A stretch of DNA of 61,931 nt, filler included, from Hausera hauseri (GCA_046269625.1; 10 parts of 10 records of this genome joined end to end with filler, not necessarily neighbours in it), one strand, 5' to 3'. Shown: positions 35,931-49,420, counted from the first letter of the whole stretch. The notes: generated from the letters alone by a model not told the origin. Program-made: numbers and translations.

Positions 35931-37085
35931 ATGAGTTTTCGTTCCATCCTGAAAATAAGGTATTTGAAAATGAGTCAGAACGAAGATCCTTCAAAACTAA
36001 ATTTATTGAAGTCACAACAGTTGCAGAAACACCAAAATATGATATTTCACAGTAATCCTTCACAGGAAAATGCTCCCGTCTACGGACACTTGGTGACTGC
36101 AGATCAACTGACTCAGTTCAATCAACAAAATTTATATGGTGTTACTGATTCATCCACTGGTAAATTGTCAGATGCCAACATCTCAGAATACATAAACATC
36201 CCTCATTCAAAAAACTATATCTGTGTTAGAGAAACTTCCATTTCGTCATCAGAATCATCAAAACTTCAGTCTACTGTGCCTTATTATGAATATCCTGCTT
36301 TTCGGTACTCTCTCACCGACAAAGTAACGTACACTCCACAGAATCTCAAATCCAACAACAGCTGCAGAAACGAAAACGCTGTATATGAAAATGCATCCAA
36401 ATTCAGTAGTTACAGCTCCAGTCAAACAGGATGGTCTCGATTCGTTACAAAATTATCATCGGAACTTATTACAACATATAAACACATAAATGAGATATAT
36501 TACAAAAAGAAAAGAAATCGCGACCCAGTAGACATGAATGACAGCAAAAGAGACAAGAAACCAACACGTATCGACCAAAATCTCAGCTATGTATCAGATA
36601 AATCCGGTGGTAAACACGCCCATCACAATTCTCAATATTATCAAAATACCGGTCATCATCATCACCATTACCATTACCATCAGAATAAACAGTCTCAAGG
36701 CAATGCGGTTCCTTCGTTTGACAAAAATATTCTGGATTCATCCTACGAATATTTTGTGAAGCCGGGAGAAATTTGGAAGAATCGGTATCTAATAAAATGT
36801 CTTATTGGTACTGGCTCATTTGGACAGGTTGTCAAAGCGAAAGATCTTAAAACTCAGGAGTGTGTAGCAATTAAAATGATTAAAAATAAACGCAATTTCG
36901 TCGAACAGGCTCATATAGAAACTGAACTCCTGAAGGAAATGGGAAAATATCAGGAAATATATCAAATGGCCCAAGAGTGGGGCGCAAATTATATTGTAAA
37001 TCTGAAAACATTTTTGTACGTCATTCTTATCTTTGTTTGGTATTCGAACTCCTTACAAACAGTTTGTATTGTTTTAATGAAATAA
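35931..37085 (+). pseudogene. DYRK1A: DYRK1/minibrain N-terminus and kinase N-lobe, truncated
   Basis: KLSSELITTYKHINEIYYKKK, YEYFVKPGEIWKNRY, IGTGSFGQVVKA, VAIKMIKNK, QAHIE; after a frameshift YLCLVFELL, then similarity stops at ~37070. Confidence 0.92.
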
Positions 37086-37255
37086 GAAAAGAATCTTGCG
37101 ATTGGAATTTGAAAATTTTTTTAGCCATTTTGATTTATGAATTTTGATTTTGTATATCGCAATATTGGATTTCTATTTTAGATTTTATATTTGTTTGGAT
37201 TTCTATCTTTGATTATTTTCCTGCTTTACCAACAGATATTTATAGCAGCTTAACA

Positions 37256-39114
37256 GATGCATACCCTTTACCATTAATTAAGGATAACCTGCACCGGCTC
37301 AATTCCACTACAGTATATTCAACCATAGATTTAGCCAAGGGATATCATCAAATTCCTGTTTCACCCGAGGACATTGAGAAGACTGCCGTTACGACACCTT
37401 TCGGCCTCCATGAATACATTTATATGCCTTTTGGTTTACGCAACGCTGCGCAGACTTGCCAACGTCACATCGATTCTATCCTCTCGGATTTCACTTTCGC
37501 GCATCCATATATCGACGATACCTTGATTGCTTTGTCTTCGACCAAACAGCATGAGGAACACCTTCGTTCCATTTTCCAATGACTTAACCACCATAATTTG
37601 CAAATTAATTTTACAAAATGTCACTTCTTCCAAAAGTGTATTAACTTTCTCGGACACCTCATTTCGGCAAATGGTCATTCTCCTCAGCCAGAACGTGTTG
37701 AAGCATGTACAACTACCCCGAATAACAACAGAATTGAGGATCTTTTTGGGAACTCTGACTTCGTTCGCAAGTATGTGCCGTTCTGCTCTGAACTTACAGC
37801 ACCATTTTTTCACTTAAACGGCGGCAAAAAACATCTGCCAATCCAGTAGATACCTGATCTGGTTGATAAGTTTGATAAGCTACGCGAAGGAATTAAGACA
37901 GTCGACATTTTCGCTTTCCCCAAGCCTGATGCAGAACTCATCCTTACTACAGACGCTTCAACCACAGCGGTAGGTGCTGTGCTTCACCAAATACACAAAG
38001 GAGAAAATCAACCACTAGAATTTTTCTCTCGTAAGCTAACATCCCGTGAAACTCGATATTCAACGTTCGATCGAGAATTATTGGCCATAGTTCTTGCTTT
38101 AAAGCATTTCTTCCACCTACTTGTCGCTCACCGTTTTACCATACAGACAGATCACAAGTCCTTGCTAAACATCATGACTATGAAACATCCTTCCTCACGC
38201 CAAGAACGACAGATATCATATCTGTCGACATTTAACTTTGACATTAAACATATTAACGTGGTTAATAATTTGGTTGCAGATTTCCTATCTAGGACGGTTG
38301 GATCGATTAATTTTTCACCAATTTTCTCTCAAGTACAACTCTAACAGAACCAGCCACCTCAGGACATACTTAATTCTTTTAAGTATTGTACAATTGTAGA
38401 CGGCGTGGCTTTAGACACTCCCAAACCAAGTCATTCCGTAATAATTCTCGCACCACCTTTACAACGGCAAGTGTTCAACAGTATACATTCACTACACCAT
38501 CCTGGTGCTAAGGCAACTTTCCGCTTACCCCACCGGCAAGTAATATGGTCGACTATGCGTTCCGATGTGCAAGCGTAGGATCAGGAGTGCGCGGCCTGCC
38601 AGAAATTTAAAACTACCAAACATTTGAAGCCACCACTATATCATTTCCCTTTCACATCACGTTTCGAGTCTGTTCATGTTAATCTTGTTGGCCCTCTTCC
38701 TCCTGACAACAGTCATCAGTTCGTTTTGTCCACGATGGATCGTTCCTCACGTGGGCCAGAAGCTGTCCCCCTACGGAGCACTAATACGGACACAATAGCA
38801 GATGTTTTCATACGCACTTGGATCAGCAGATTTGGATTCCCTAGATTCATTATTACGGACCAAGGTACTCAGTTTGAGTCCAATTTGTTTAAATGTCTCG
38901 TTAACCGATTAGGAATCAGCAATATACACACATCACCGTATCACCCTTAATAGAATGGTCTTTTAGAGAGATTCTACAGAACACTAAAAACGTTACTGAG
39001 AATCCTCGCGGAATCCAATAGCAGTTGGACTACTCTTCGTCCGTTGGTTCTTCTAGGTTGGCGTAACACCCTTTCTACTTCTACTGGTTGTTCACCTACA
39101 GAAGCCCCCTTCGG
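37256..39114 (+). pseudogene. pol: Ty3/Gypsy pol fragment (RT-RNase H-integrase), same clade as 27783-29835
   Basis: DAYPLP, DLAKGYHQIPV, MPFGLRNAAQT, PYIDD, TTDAS, RYSTFDRELLA, TDHK, HHPG, VNLVGPLP, ITDQGTQFES, NGLLER. Confidence 0.95.
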
Positions 39115-39809
39115 NNNNNNNNNNNNNNNNNNNNNNNNNNNNNNNNNNNNNNNNNNNNTTAATTAATTAANNNNNNNNNNNNNNNNNNNNNNNNNNNNNN
39201 NNNNNNNNNNNNNNGCCAAGATTTTCTGTCTTTGTTGTTGTTCCCAGGCAATGGCAGGGAAACCTGCCAGCTAATGGGCAGAGGATTTGAATGGTCCCCA
39301 ATTGAGTCGTGGATCACTTCTAGGAAGTCAAACATTGCACTATAGCCTGGAGGACCTCTGTCCACCTCCTAGACACCACTGGGACAGCAGGAAAGCTCAG
39401 CTACCCTCCTCCATAGTCCTAATTTGGACTGCAACAGCCCTTCTCAGGGCTCACCCAGAAGATCTGACGCTCGGTGACATGGAGATCAATCAAATAACAA
39501 TAAATAACAATGCCGTGAAACTATATAAAATACAGCCAAACACCAAGAGGCTGAGAGATGATTGGTGGTTCTGTAATACGTCTAAGTGTGTAATGAATGC
39601 TGAAAACGATTAACATAAATAAGATTAAGAATCTTGAGGATCATTGACTTTGATGATGGAGAAAGCCCAGGGCTGGTCAAGCCATTTGTCTTGTATCTCA
39701 TTAACGTCTATTGATGTCAGCGCGTTAGTTTCATCCTCACTTATCCGCCTACAGTATCTTCGTCAGTGTACACTGTCATCGCCAGGAGTATCTAACTGTG
39801 ACACTTTGT

Positions 39810-39940
39810 ATCTACCTCAGCTTAAATTGACTTCCAGGTCAGTGTTAATATCTCTTTCAGCGTAAACTGACTTTCAGGTCAGTGTTAGTTTATCCCTCAG
39901 TGTAAAGTGAGTGTTAGGTCAGTTTTAGTATCTCCCGCCA
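39810..39940. repeat. About three degenerate ~40-bp tandem repeats downstream of the Gypsy pol
   Basis: Unit like TATCTCTCAGCGTAAACTGACTTTCAGGTCAGTGTTAG repeated three times. Confidence 0.7.
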
Positions 39941-39959
39941 TATGAACTGACTGTCAATG

Positions 39960-42900
39960 TTAGTTTTCCTCCAACATGTGTCTCACTTGCTTGGTGGACA
40001 AAGTACAAAGGTCAGCTTCCTCAAAGATACTTTCAATAGCTAATGTTAATTGTTTAACATCTGGCTCAATGCCCTGATTATGCAGACGAGCATTTCTCAT
40101 ACCCATTTCTGTGATCAACATATTTCTTAGGCGCATAATGTCATTTTCATTAGCATCTGGTACTTCTTTTATTTCCATCAGATCATTGGCCTGCGCTTTT
40201 TTCTTTCTTTTCTGTCGCAACGTTGCCTGTCGTGCTGGTTTTGATCATGGTAGCGAGTCAGCTGAGGTACTAGAATCTCTAAGTCGTTTCCATCTGCGAA
40301 TCATTTCATCTGTATCAACTAAGTGGAATCCGATGCATTTCTCTCATCACTTTCGCTTTCAACCATTTGAGATTGTTCATTTTCTTGAGCCTGCTGTTGC
40401 AACTGACGTTCGCGATACACCAACCTTTTCTTGCGTTCTAACAATGGCATATCAGAGTCATCTGATGAACTACTTAGCTCAACTCTTCGACTATTACATT
40501 GTTGTCTCCTAGCTTCTTCAAACTTCCTTTTAGCCGCAGCTCTAGTGTTCTGGTATGGGGCATCCGTTTCTGTTTGCTGTCATGGATTATTGCTATTAGA
40601 CTCATTGTCTGTTCTACACGTCCCTTGTCTCGTACTCTTTGGTAAAATAAGCGGGGGCGTACACACTTCATATCTTGTATCACTCTCAGACGTATCGGAT
40701 AATTCCGTTCGATCTGTGTCCCTAGATTCTTCCGAGTTCCTGTTCTCAGGGGGTACAACATAACTGGATCGTCTAACCATACCTGTCGTATCTGGTAGCT
40801 GTTCGGTAGGAAACGACCTATCATCTCGTCTTAACTGCGACGTTGTAACTCTTGCTGTTTGTCCTGTGAGTTGATTGGAGATGCGATAGGATATAGGACC
40901 TAACTTTTCAATGATGGTATATCCTGTAATCCATCTATTTTGCATTTTCGAACTTCGGTGATGCTGTCTGTAACAAACTTTATCGCCAATTTTGAACTCT
41001 TGATGCACAGCAGTGTTATCAGTTCTTTTCTTGCGCACTTGGAATGACTTAGGTATTGGTGAAAATCATCTCCATGGTATCGAAGTCGTGGTCGAACTAG
41101 CAAGTCTACTGGAAGAATAGGATCTCTACCGAAGATCATTTCAAAAGGTGAGAATTTTCTACTTCCGTTTTCCATCATTCGCAACGTCATGGCAGCTTGA
41201 TTCAAATATAAGTCCCATTCAGCTAACTGATCCTTCGCATATTTCGTTATGACGTCATAAATGACCTTGTGCTGGCGTTCGTTAACACCATTAGCACCTG
41301 GATTATAATATGAAGTAGTTATATGCTTTATATGTAACTCCTTCAACGTTTCCTTCATTGCTCTGTTTACGAACTCTGTGCCGTTGTCAGTAATGATTTC
41401 CAAAGGGCAACCAAAAACAGGTATAAACTTTTCCAGTAGAACATCAATAATGTTCTCAGCAGCTTTATTGGGTAACGGATGCAGTTCTGGCCAGCAGCTA
41501 TAAATGTCGACGATGTGAAGAATATAGACATTCCCGGATGCAGTCAACGGATGTGGTCCGGACAGGTCTAAACTGACTTTCTCAAAAGGGAAATGAGCCT
41601 GTGTGGGTTCCTGCATAGGATGTCGTAGTATGTCCATATTTCTCAAACGACATGGCTGACAATTCATAACATATTCTGCAATAGCTTTCTGCACGTTTGG
41701 CCAATAATATTTCCTGTTTATCATCGTAAACGTGCGGGCGCGTCCAAGGTGTCCTAAGTTGTCATGAAATTGAGTCAACCACTTATGCGTCATATGACTA
41801 GGAATGCATAGCTGAAATGTGACTTCACCGCTCAATCTGTACAAAACGTTATCATCCAGGATATACTTTTTCCACTTAGAAGAGCTGCCATTTACTTCCG
41901 ATTTCAAATCACTGATAATTTGACGAAAGTCAGCATCTTTTTCTTGCTCATCCTTCATGCCTATAACTTCTATATCACTTGGCTCTGATTCAAGGTTACT
42001 GTATGTTTCGGACTGCTGTGGTTCCATCGCATTGATGACAGAAACTTGGAGGGTATAATCATCAATGTCGGGTATTTCATCTTTACTTTCTGGCTCGATT
42101 TCTAACTGATCTTTCACAGGCATACGGGAAAGCACATCAGCGACTGTGTTTTCCGGACCTGGTATGTATTCGATTTGCATATTGTAACCTTGCAAATTCA
42201 AGACCCACGGTTGAATTCTTCGATTTTGCACATCCGATCGCATCATCGCTTTTAGAGGCATATGATCAGTTTTGATCTTGAACTGACTGTTATGCAGGTA
42301 AAAATGGAGTTTTTGAAGTGCAAAGTGAATAGCGTAAGCTTCTTTTTCAGTAACAGACCACTTCTTTTGGGATTTTGTGAGCCTGTGGGATAAGAAGTAT
42401 ATGGGTTTCTCCTTGATCTCAGTCGTGCCTGTTTCCGTTAATTGCTCTTCTTCCTGGACGAGGACTGCTCCTATAGCATAGTCTGATGCGTCTGTATACA
42501 GAACATATGGCTTGTTTGGATTCGGATATGCAAGCATCGGGACTATGGAGAGGCTAGTCTTCAAATAATCGAAAGCTTTCTGACAAGTTTCATCCCACTG
42601 AAAACGGGCGAATTTCCTCGTTAGCGCAACTATTGGTTCTGCTATTGCTGAGCAATTTTGGGATAAAGCGTCTATAATATCCACATGTTACCAAGAATCC
42701 GCGAACTTCTCTAGTGTTCTTTGGTACACCCATCGATCTAATTGCCTGAACTTTTTCTGAGTCCGCCTTGATGCCTTGTTTCGTAATAACAAATCCCAGA
42801 TATTTAGTCTCTTGTCTCAGAAATTCACACTTGCTGAGCTTCAGACGAACCTTGTGCTGGCGTAACCTGTCGAAAACAGTTTCAATATGCTGCAGATGGT

Positions 42901-43804
42901 CTACAATATCTCCCTTGGTGAAAATCAGAATGCCATCGATGTTTGCCAACGCAAAAGTTTGCAACCCTTCCAATACTTGACTCAACAAAGACATATACGT
43001 TGCCGGTGATCCTTTTAAACCAAACGGCATAACATTCCAGGCATAAAGACCAGAGTGAGTGCAAAAAGCACTTTTCTGTTTCGCCTCTGGCATCATGGGA
43101 ATACACCAGAATCCGGAGCGAGCATCTAACGTAGTGAAATACGTTGATCCACTGAGAACTCCTAGAATGTCATCGATTAACGGAAGAGGAAAACTCACAT
43201 TTGTCGTAATCGCGTTCAAAGAGTGATAATCGACACAAAAGTGGTGCGTACCATCTTTCTTAGAAACAATGACCACCGGAAATGACCATTCAGAACGTGT
43301 CGCTCAATTATTCCTGCCTGTAGCATTTCTTCGACCGCCTTCTCAACAATATCTCAGTTTCCTAATGGTGTGCGATATGGTTGGAGACTAATGGGTGGAT
43401 GATCTCCTGTATCAATCGACATTTCAACCGTTTGCGTTCTCCCTAATTCCATGTCAGATAAAGCAAACACATCTTGATGTTCGACCACAAAGTTCTCAAT
43501 TGTTGTCTTATGTTCAGAATCGACCTTTAATGTGGCTAACAAGTTTGCTATGCGTTCCTCAGGATTTGTGCACGCTGCAATCTCAGTGTATGCTTTTCGT
43601 TTCCACGCTCCTTCTCTAATGTATTTAAGGACTTGGTGTCTATGGCGGTAACGTTGTTCTCGTGTGTCAACGGAAGTCGAATGGTTATCAGCTATCAGAG
43701 CATCATCAATGTGTATACCATCTTGATTACAGTCCCTAGGAGTGTTTGGCTTGGCTGATTTAGCAATAATGCATCCTTTCTTTAACTTTATCATTTTGCC
43801 AGTA
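39960..43804 (-). pseudogene. pol: Ty3/Gypsy pol (RT-RNase H-integrase) with a long C-terminal tail ending in a DEK-C-like motif
   Basis: FCVDYHSLN, LDARSGFW, MPFGL, NIDG (decayed YIDD), YTDASD, TDH, HDNLGH..CQPC, DLSGP, TDNG, NGVNER; FKIGDKV..LGPISY; terminal PDVKQLTLAIESIFEEADLCTLSTKQVRHMLEE. Confidence 0.93.
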
Positions 43805-44734
43805 NNNNNNNNNNNNNNNNNNNNNNNNNNNNNNNNNNNNNNNNNNNNTTAATTAATTAANNNNNNNNNNNNNNNNNNNNNNNNNNNNNNNNNNNNNNNN
43901 NNNNGCTGAACGACGTTGAATCACAACTGTACGCAGCCACGCGCCACCTGCACCCTCTGCCGGCCAACACTGACGTGATCGAAATCCTGGACTCGCCACC
44001 GGCCTCGCCCCTGGAGCCCCAGTTGACCGATTATCAATCTTGAAATCAGTGAAAAGCAGAAGTTCTTCTTCTTTTTTTTCTTTTTTCTTAGTCAGAAATG
44101 ACAAAGACTCCTTGGGATTTTTACTACAACGGTTTGACTAATTTTTTTTTACTTTATTAGTAATTTATTTACTTTTACTTTTTAAAATCAAGAGATTAAC
44201 TGATTGACACTGATTTTAAGGCTGCAGCAGTGTTTTTTACTAACTTTAAACTTTTCCTACAAAGATTTGTATTGCTTTTTTGTTTTTTACTGTTACTCTT
44301 TTAATCGAGCTTTAACTAATTTTAAGGCTGCAGTAGTTGTCTTTACTGACTTTTAACTTTTCTTTACTTTTCAATAAAAGTTGATACTGATTTTGTATTT
44401 TTGTCATCAACTATATGAATTACGGGTTAGGTCCCATGGCCTGAGTGTTTCGTCGTGGTTGAACACGTACATCTTAGACAACAAATTTGGTCAGCGGAGA
44501 TTTAACAGGTACATTATCAAAGTGCACAACTAGCAGTCCCGTAGACGGCGTGGTCTGACAGTGCAATGGCCATTTATTACAGTGACTTTTATAACAACAT
44601 ACATCATAGGAGGTGACACCAGTGGTGGAGCGTGGAATTTTTTTAAAGTGTTAGCACATTATATTATTTGTCCAATGTCTCTACTCACTACTGTTTACCC
44701 ATAGATCAAGGCATTAAGGAAAGTTTTAACTAGA

Positions 44735-45024
44735 AAAGGTAAGATAAGATAAAGATAAGGTTGAAAAATAGGCAGTATTGCCTTTTTCTGCTATGGGGGT
44801 AGATTTGTCCTAGAATTTTTTCCTGGACAGCGGCCGTTAGGCCTACTCTTTTTCGATTTCCAGATGCCAAGGGATTTTTAACGTGTACGACGATGTACAT
44901 GAACATCCGATCTCACTACCAAGAGATCGGGGAAATTTATTACTAGAAGATCCAGGAGAAACAAATTCCCCAAGTGCTTCAACCGAGATTCGAACCCCGT
45001 ACCTCTAGCACTTGAGGCGAACGA
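44735..45024 (-). mobile_element. Probable tRNA-derived SINE, 5' truncated
   Basis: B-box GGTTCGAATC on the minus strand (~44985-44998) and a short-repeat tail (AAGAT)n at 44737-44760. Confidence 0.5.
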
Positions 45025-45901
45025 AAGAACATATTTCCAAAGCTTTCACCAGGATATGAAGTTATTTATTTATATTACTTAAATTAAGAAATAGTTTACC
45101 TCTGTACTCGTCTGGTCTAAAGTTCTTGAAGGAAGTAGTGACTACGTAGCTCCTATGGAGCCGAATAGAAACAACACTTTCGCCTCAAGATAATTTTTAA
45201 ACGCGGCAAGAATGCGAATTTCACATCCGTTCGTCTGAACTATGACCTGTAATCATTTCTCAAGTTGCTAACATTGGCATCGACTATCCGCGGTAATTTC
45301 AAAAGAAACACGTCACGAGAATACCCGATCATCACATCAATCCCCCGCAGCACCACCACGGCCACGTTAGCAAGGACAACCTGTGCTAATGTTGCGGTAT
45401 GGGCGAGGGGGAAAATGCTAACAAAGGCTAACAGCATTGCATTTTCCCTTTTGCAATGGAGACCTATTGGATATAAGATTCTCGTCGCTTACAAGATTTT
45501 TAAATTTCGTTTTTAAAATGTTACATTATATATTATATTCCATTTTTTTTTTCATTTTGTAAGCATCGCTAACTCAGTGGAACATGGGGGCCCCGCCAAT
45601 GATGGTGAGGTGTTCAGAGACCTCTAAGTTTTCTTGAGACTTATGATGTGGGTATGTTGTTTCTCACCAAGGTAATAATTCCACCTTTGTGACAGGCTCT
45701 GTCTTGTCTGAAGCATTCGGTGTTGAAAATAATTCACGTATTTCTATAGCAAATTTTTGCACACGTAGCGACTTATTTTTAAAATAGACTATACTAATGA
45801 TGTAACATATATAAGATTTTTCACTAAGAGTGAGTGGGAAAATTTTAAAAGAGGTTGATATCACACAACCAAGAAAAAGTAAGACAAGTGTTGCATCAGG
45901 G

Positions 45902-46490
45902 CAGTGGCGTGCGGTGACTTTCTTCGTTGGGGACTAGCTTCCATGCTACTTTAAGAGGCCTTTAAAAAAGTATTTTTGATATGATGTGTAGAATGTATCT
46001 TAACAAAGAAAATTTCACCGTGACAAAGTACATAGTGTGACTATCTCAAATGATTCAATTTGACATTAAAAATCAAATAAACATACAAACAATGATAAAA
46101 ATGAACACAGCTTCCAACAAACAATTAAACAGAAAAACTATTTTTAAAAGGCTATGAAAACATTGACTTTTGTTTGTGCGTTAATGCTGTCCTCATGTCT
46201 CCTTTCTGAATGAATTTTTCAATGACAACGTCATAAAAAGACCATAGACTTCGCAGTTCATATAGGAGGTCTTTTTCAATTGATAGCAGGGAAAGACTAG
46301 ACAAATTGTCCGCGCTCTGTATGTTACACATATACATCTTTATACGTTTCAAAAAAGAGAAAGTGTGTTCTATAGTGAACATGCTCACTGGTATTGATGA
46401 TACCAAACAATATAATTTATATGTTTCTAGATACACTTCATCTGCTAGTTATGTTTCTTTCAGGAACTTCATTATTCTGTTATGGAGATG
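45902..46490 (-). mobile_element. hAT transposon 3' remnant (dimerisation domain and terminus)
   Basis: IPVSMFTIEHTFSFLKRIKMYMCN..LSSLSLLSIEKD in ORF 46152-46436; terminus CAGTGGCGTGCGGTGA at 45902. Confidence 0.8.
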
Positions 46491-46650
46491 ACTAAAAACC
46501 CTGGTAAAGAAGAAAAAGAAGGCGTTGTTCACTATGTGCCGCGGCCGTCACTCTCAGTGCTGGCAGGCTTTTTCTAGCTTTCATTATGTTGTGGCCTATA
46601 TGCTTTTTGAAGGCAAGCTTTGCAGGCCAAGATATTTCAAACAAATAGAT

Positions 46651-46651
<1 letters not shown>

Positions 46652-46694
<43 letters not shown>
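46652..46694. repeat. (CA)n microsatellite
   Basis: About 21 perfect CA units. Confidence 0.98.
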
Positions 46695-46696
<2 letters not shown>

Positions 46697-46704
46697 ACAC
46701 ATGG

Positions 46705-48053
46705 TGTAAATATATTGTGATAGAAAGTGGAATGAGACTTTAAACATAACGAAACTACTGGAACAATCTAGACAACAGGTCATAAACAACTACGCATATC
46801 CAAATTTAGTTCAGCAAAATGAAATTCACGAGCGGAAAGAGAAACGGAAAGAAAGCGTACAGAGACAGGAGTTGCTTGCTGACTTTCGACACAGAAAGAG
46901 GTGTTAACGACGAGATTGTTATCTCTCAGTGATTTCACATTGAATATCGAAGTTTATGTTTGATGTGGAAAAGGTATCCACTAAAGTTAATTCGTTGTGA
47001 TAAATATTTTGAAGAATTCAGTGAAGAATTTATCGTGTAAAGTATCGATAAAATGAAATAATTATTTGATTGAAGTATTCATCGATGAGCAATGTTCAAG
47101 TTGTCCTTCAAGGCTGTTGTTTGGTTGTAATTTCAAAGTCAGCTATGAAGTAGTTGATTCAAAGAATCAACTGGAGTTAATGTGTCAAGAAATCATCTTG
47201 AATTGTGTCTAATGCCATTTGCTGAAGTAAATTATTCTTGAGAAGCTCATTGCTGTGTAAAGTTATAAATTAAGATTTCTAAGGACATCAGTGTTGAAGT
47301 ATGATTTCAGCAAGTCGCAGAAAAACGTGAGAACAGTTTTGCTTATTATATAAACAGTAGAGGAATTAAAGTGGTCAGAGAATTAGTAATTTACCAATCC
47401 ACATTCAAGTTACAAAGAAGATTATATGGGCACAAAATTTAGCAAAAAGACTGTAACGAGACGTGGTGAAAGCAAGTGAAAATAACTATTGAGTTGTCGA
47501 TATCAAGTTACTTGTTGATATATTTTAGACAATATTTGTATTTTGATACATAATGCGACTGATGCAGTTGCCTGCGGAAGTGTATACTGCCACTCACATA
47601 GACAAGAACATGTAAGATTGCATTCATCTTTATTAACTCATCTGACATGGCTGTATATACGTTGGATAAAGTTAACTGTTATTTACTTTGAACCTAGCTT
47701 GAGTTCTTAGTACGAACTCCATATCTGTGAGAGTATATGCTTGATCATCGTGAGTGTGGTACTAATACGAAACATGTGTACATACTAACGATCGACGATG
47801 GCCAAGAGAGAGATCATAAAGTGTCCATAAAAAAACCACTCCCATAGCATTGTGCGTGCCGTAGGGGGATGAAGTGTTAGTGCCTTCATTTTTCTAGGCT
47901 TCGGCTTTGTGATTAGGGACGCCACAATATTTCATGCCGCATTTATTTCCCAGATTTTACACTCGTATCCATTTCAGGTGTGAACCTGAGGTCCTGTGTC
48001 TGGATTTGAACCCGCGCCACTTGACTCAGCATCCGAATGCAAGTGTCCATACA
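46705..48053 (+). mobile_element. Putative long 5' LTR of the PARG-bearing element (contains a SINE insertion)
   Basis: Non-coding block beginning TGTAAATA and ending CCATACA, upstream of gag; no second copy in the window to confirm it. Confidence 0.4.
47830..48040 (-). mobile_element. tRNA-derived SINE with an 11-bp target-site duplication
   Basis: AAGTGTCCATA at 47819-47829 and 48041-48051; B-box GGTTCAAATCC and terminal T-run on the minus strand. Confidence 0.7.
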
Positions 48054-48428
48054 ATAATAATAATAATAATAAAACTGAGAGACTATATTGGGCTATCACA
48101 CTCTTTAAAACCATCTGATGCCATTGACTGGCCAGGATTTTTTTCCCTCACGATTAAGCAGATGATCAAGTAGAACAGAAAATGAGTGATTGACAGTCAG
48201 GTGACAATAATTATTATTACAGGCATATTTAGAAGTTGGAGACAACAAGTTTTCACCAAGATTGAAATCGACTACAGGTTAAAGCAAAGACAACTGTACA
48301 TTGTCGAGATTTTGTTTTTACTAATATCATAGTGGTTAGATAAAATAATAAGTACGGCAATGTGAACAGAAAAAGTAGTTACCCTTTCTCAAAGCCAATA
48401 GGACACCATTGTAACTGATTATACAGCC

Positions 48429-49420
48429 ATGAAACAAATGTATGAGGAAATGAAAATAATAGTCGAACAACTGCAAAAACAACAAGCAACAATAAGAGAA
48501 TCTAGAGGAGCGAGATCAGGACTCGGAAATACTATTCCAGTTAAGAATGCACTGGAGAAAATTGAAATTATGATTACTAAAATCGATATGAATACCCGTC
48601 ATCAAAACGTCCGTACCTTCATCTAACGATTGACAGGAAAAGATTCCAAACAGTATAAGACCTGGATTTCTCAGGTCGAGAAATATGCGCATCTTCTTAA
48701 GTGGCCGTCAGAAGACAAAAACGAACTTGCTTACATGACTTCTGATGGCCTAGCGAACGTTTTTATCAGACGTAGATTTTGTTCCCAGCCTATAGAAACT
48801 TGGGATGAATTCAAGAGAACTTTGACACACAGATATGCGGAAGTGGCAGACATGCAATATGCAGCTGAAGCGATGAAGAAGATACATCAAGAAAAAGGGG
48901 AATTAGTACAATTTTACCGCACAGAATGTTGAATTTGGCTGAAGACACTTACGCTGGACAAAAGATTTATTCTGAAGAGAGGCAAACTTCTCGTTCCGAC
49001 CTTCATAGATGGATTAAGGAATATCAAACTTGAAATCAAACTCATAAAGGAAGAGCCAACAACGATCCAAGCAGCAATTCCAACAGCTATTGTTGAGAAG
49101 AACTTTAACAAAAGAATCACAATGAGCCTCGGTAGAGATCAGTATGAAGCACGAGAGGAAGAAATTATGGAAATAAATTAATGCAGACCAAGATTTCAAA
49201 ATAGACATTACGAAAGCTACAGATTTAGACACAGAGATGTCGTACATAAGAAGACCGTCCATGAAGTTGAAAGTAAACTGAAATGTTATGGTTGTGTAAA
49301 GAAGGACACTTCATCAAAGAGTGTAGAAATAAAAAACGCAGAACATATGAAAAAAGTCAAGAGTATGTTTCAAATGTGGCAAAGCTGGACATTTTGCAAG
49401 AATATGCAGAACAAGAACCA
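48429..49420 (+). pseudogene. gag: Retrotransposon gag with two CCHC knuckles
   Basis: YKTWISQVEKYA..TWDEFKRTLTHRY..IHQEKGELVQFY, TFIDGL; CYGC/KEGHFIKEC (49284-49324) and CFKCGKAGHFARIC (49366-49407). Confidence 0.9.

Noticed and set aside
44975-45024. tRNA gene
   Set aside because: Only a B-box/T-arm is present; no full cloverleaf, and it is followed by a SINE-like body and tail. The same applies to 47995-48040.
46492-46743. ORFs with CVCVCV / HTHTHT
   Set aside because: Translations of the (CA)n microsatellite.
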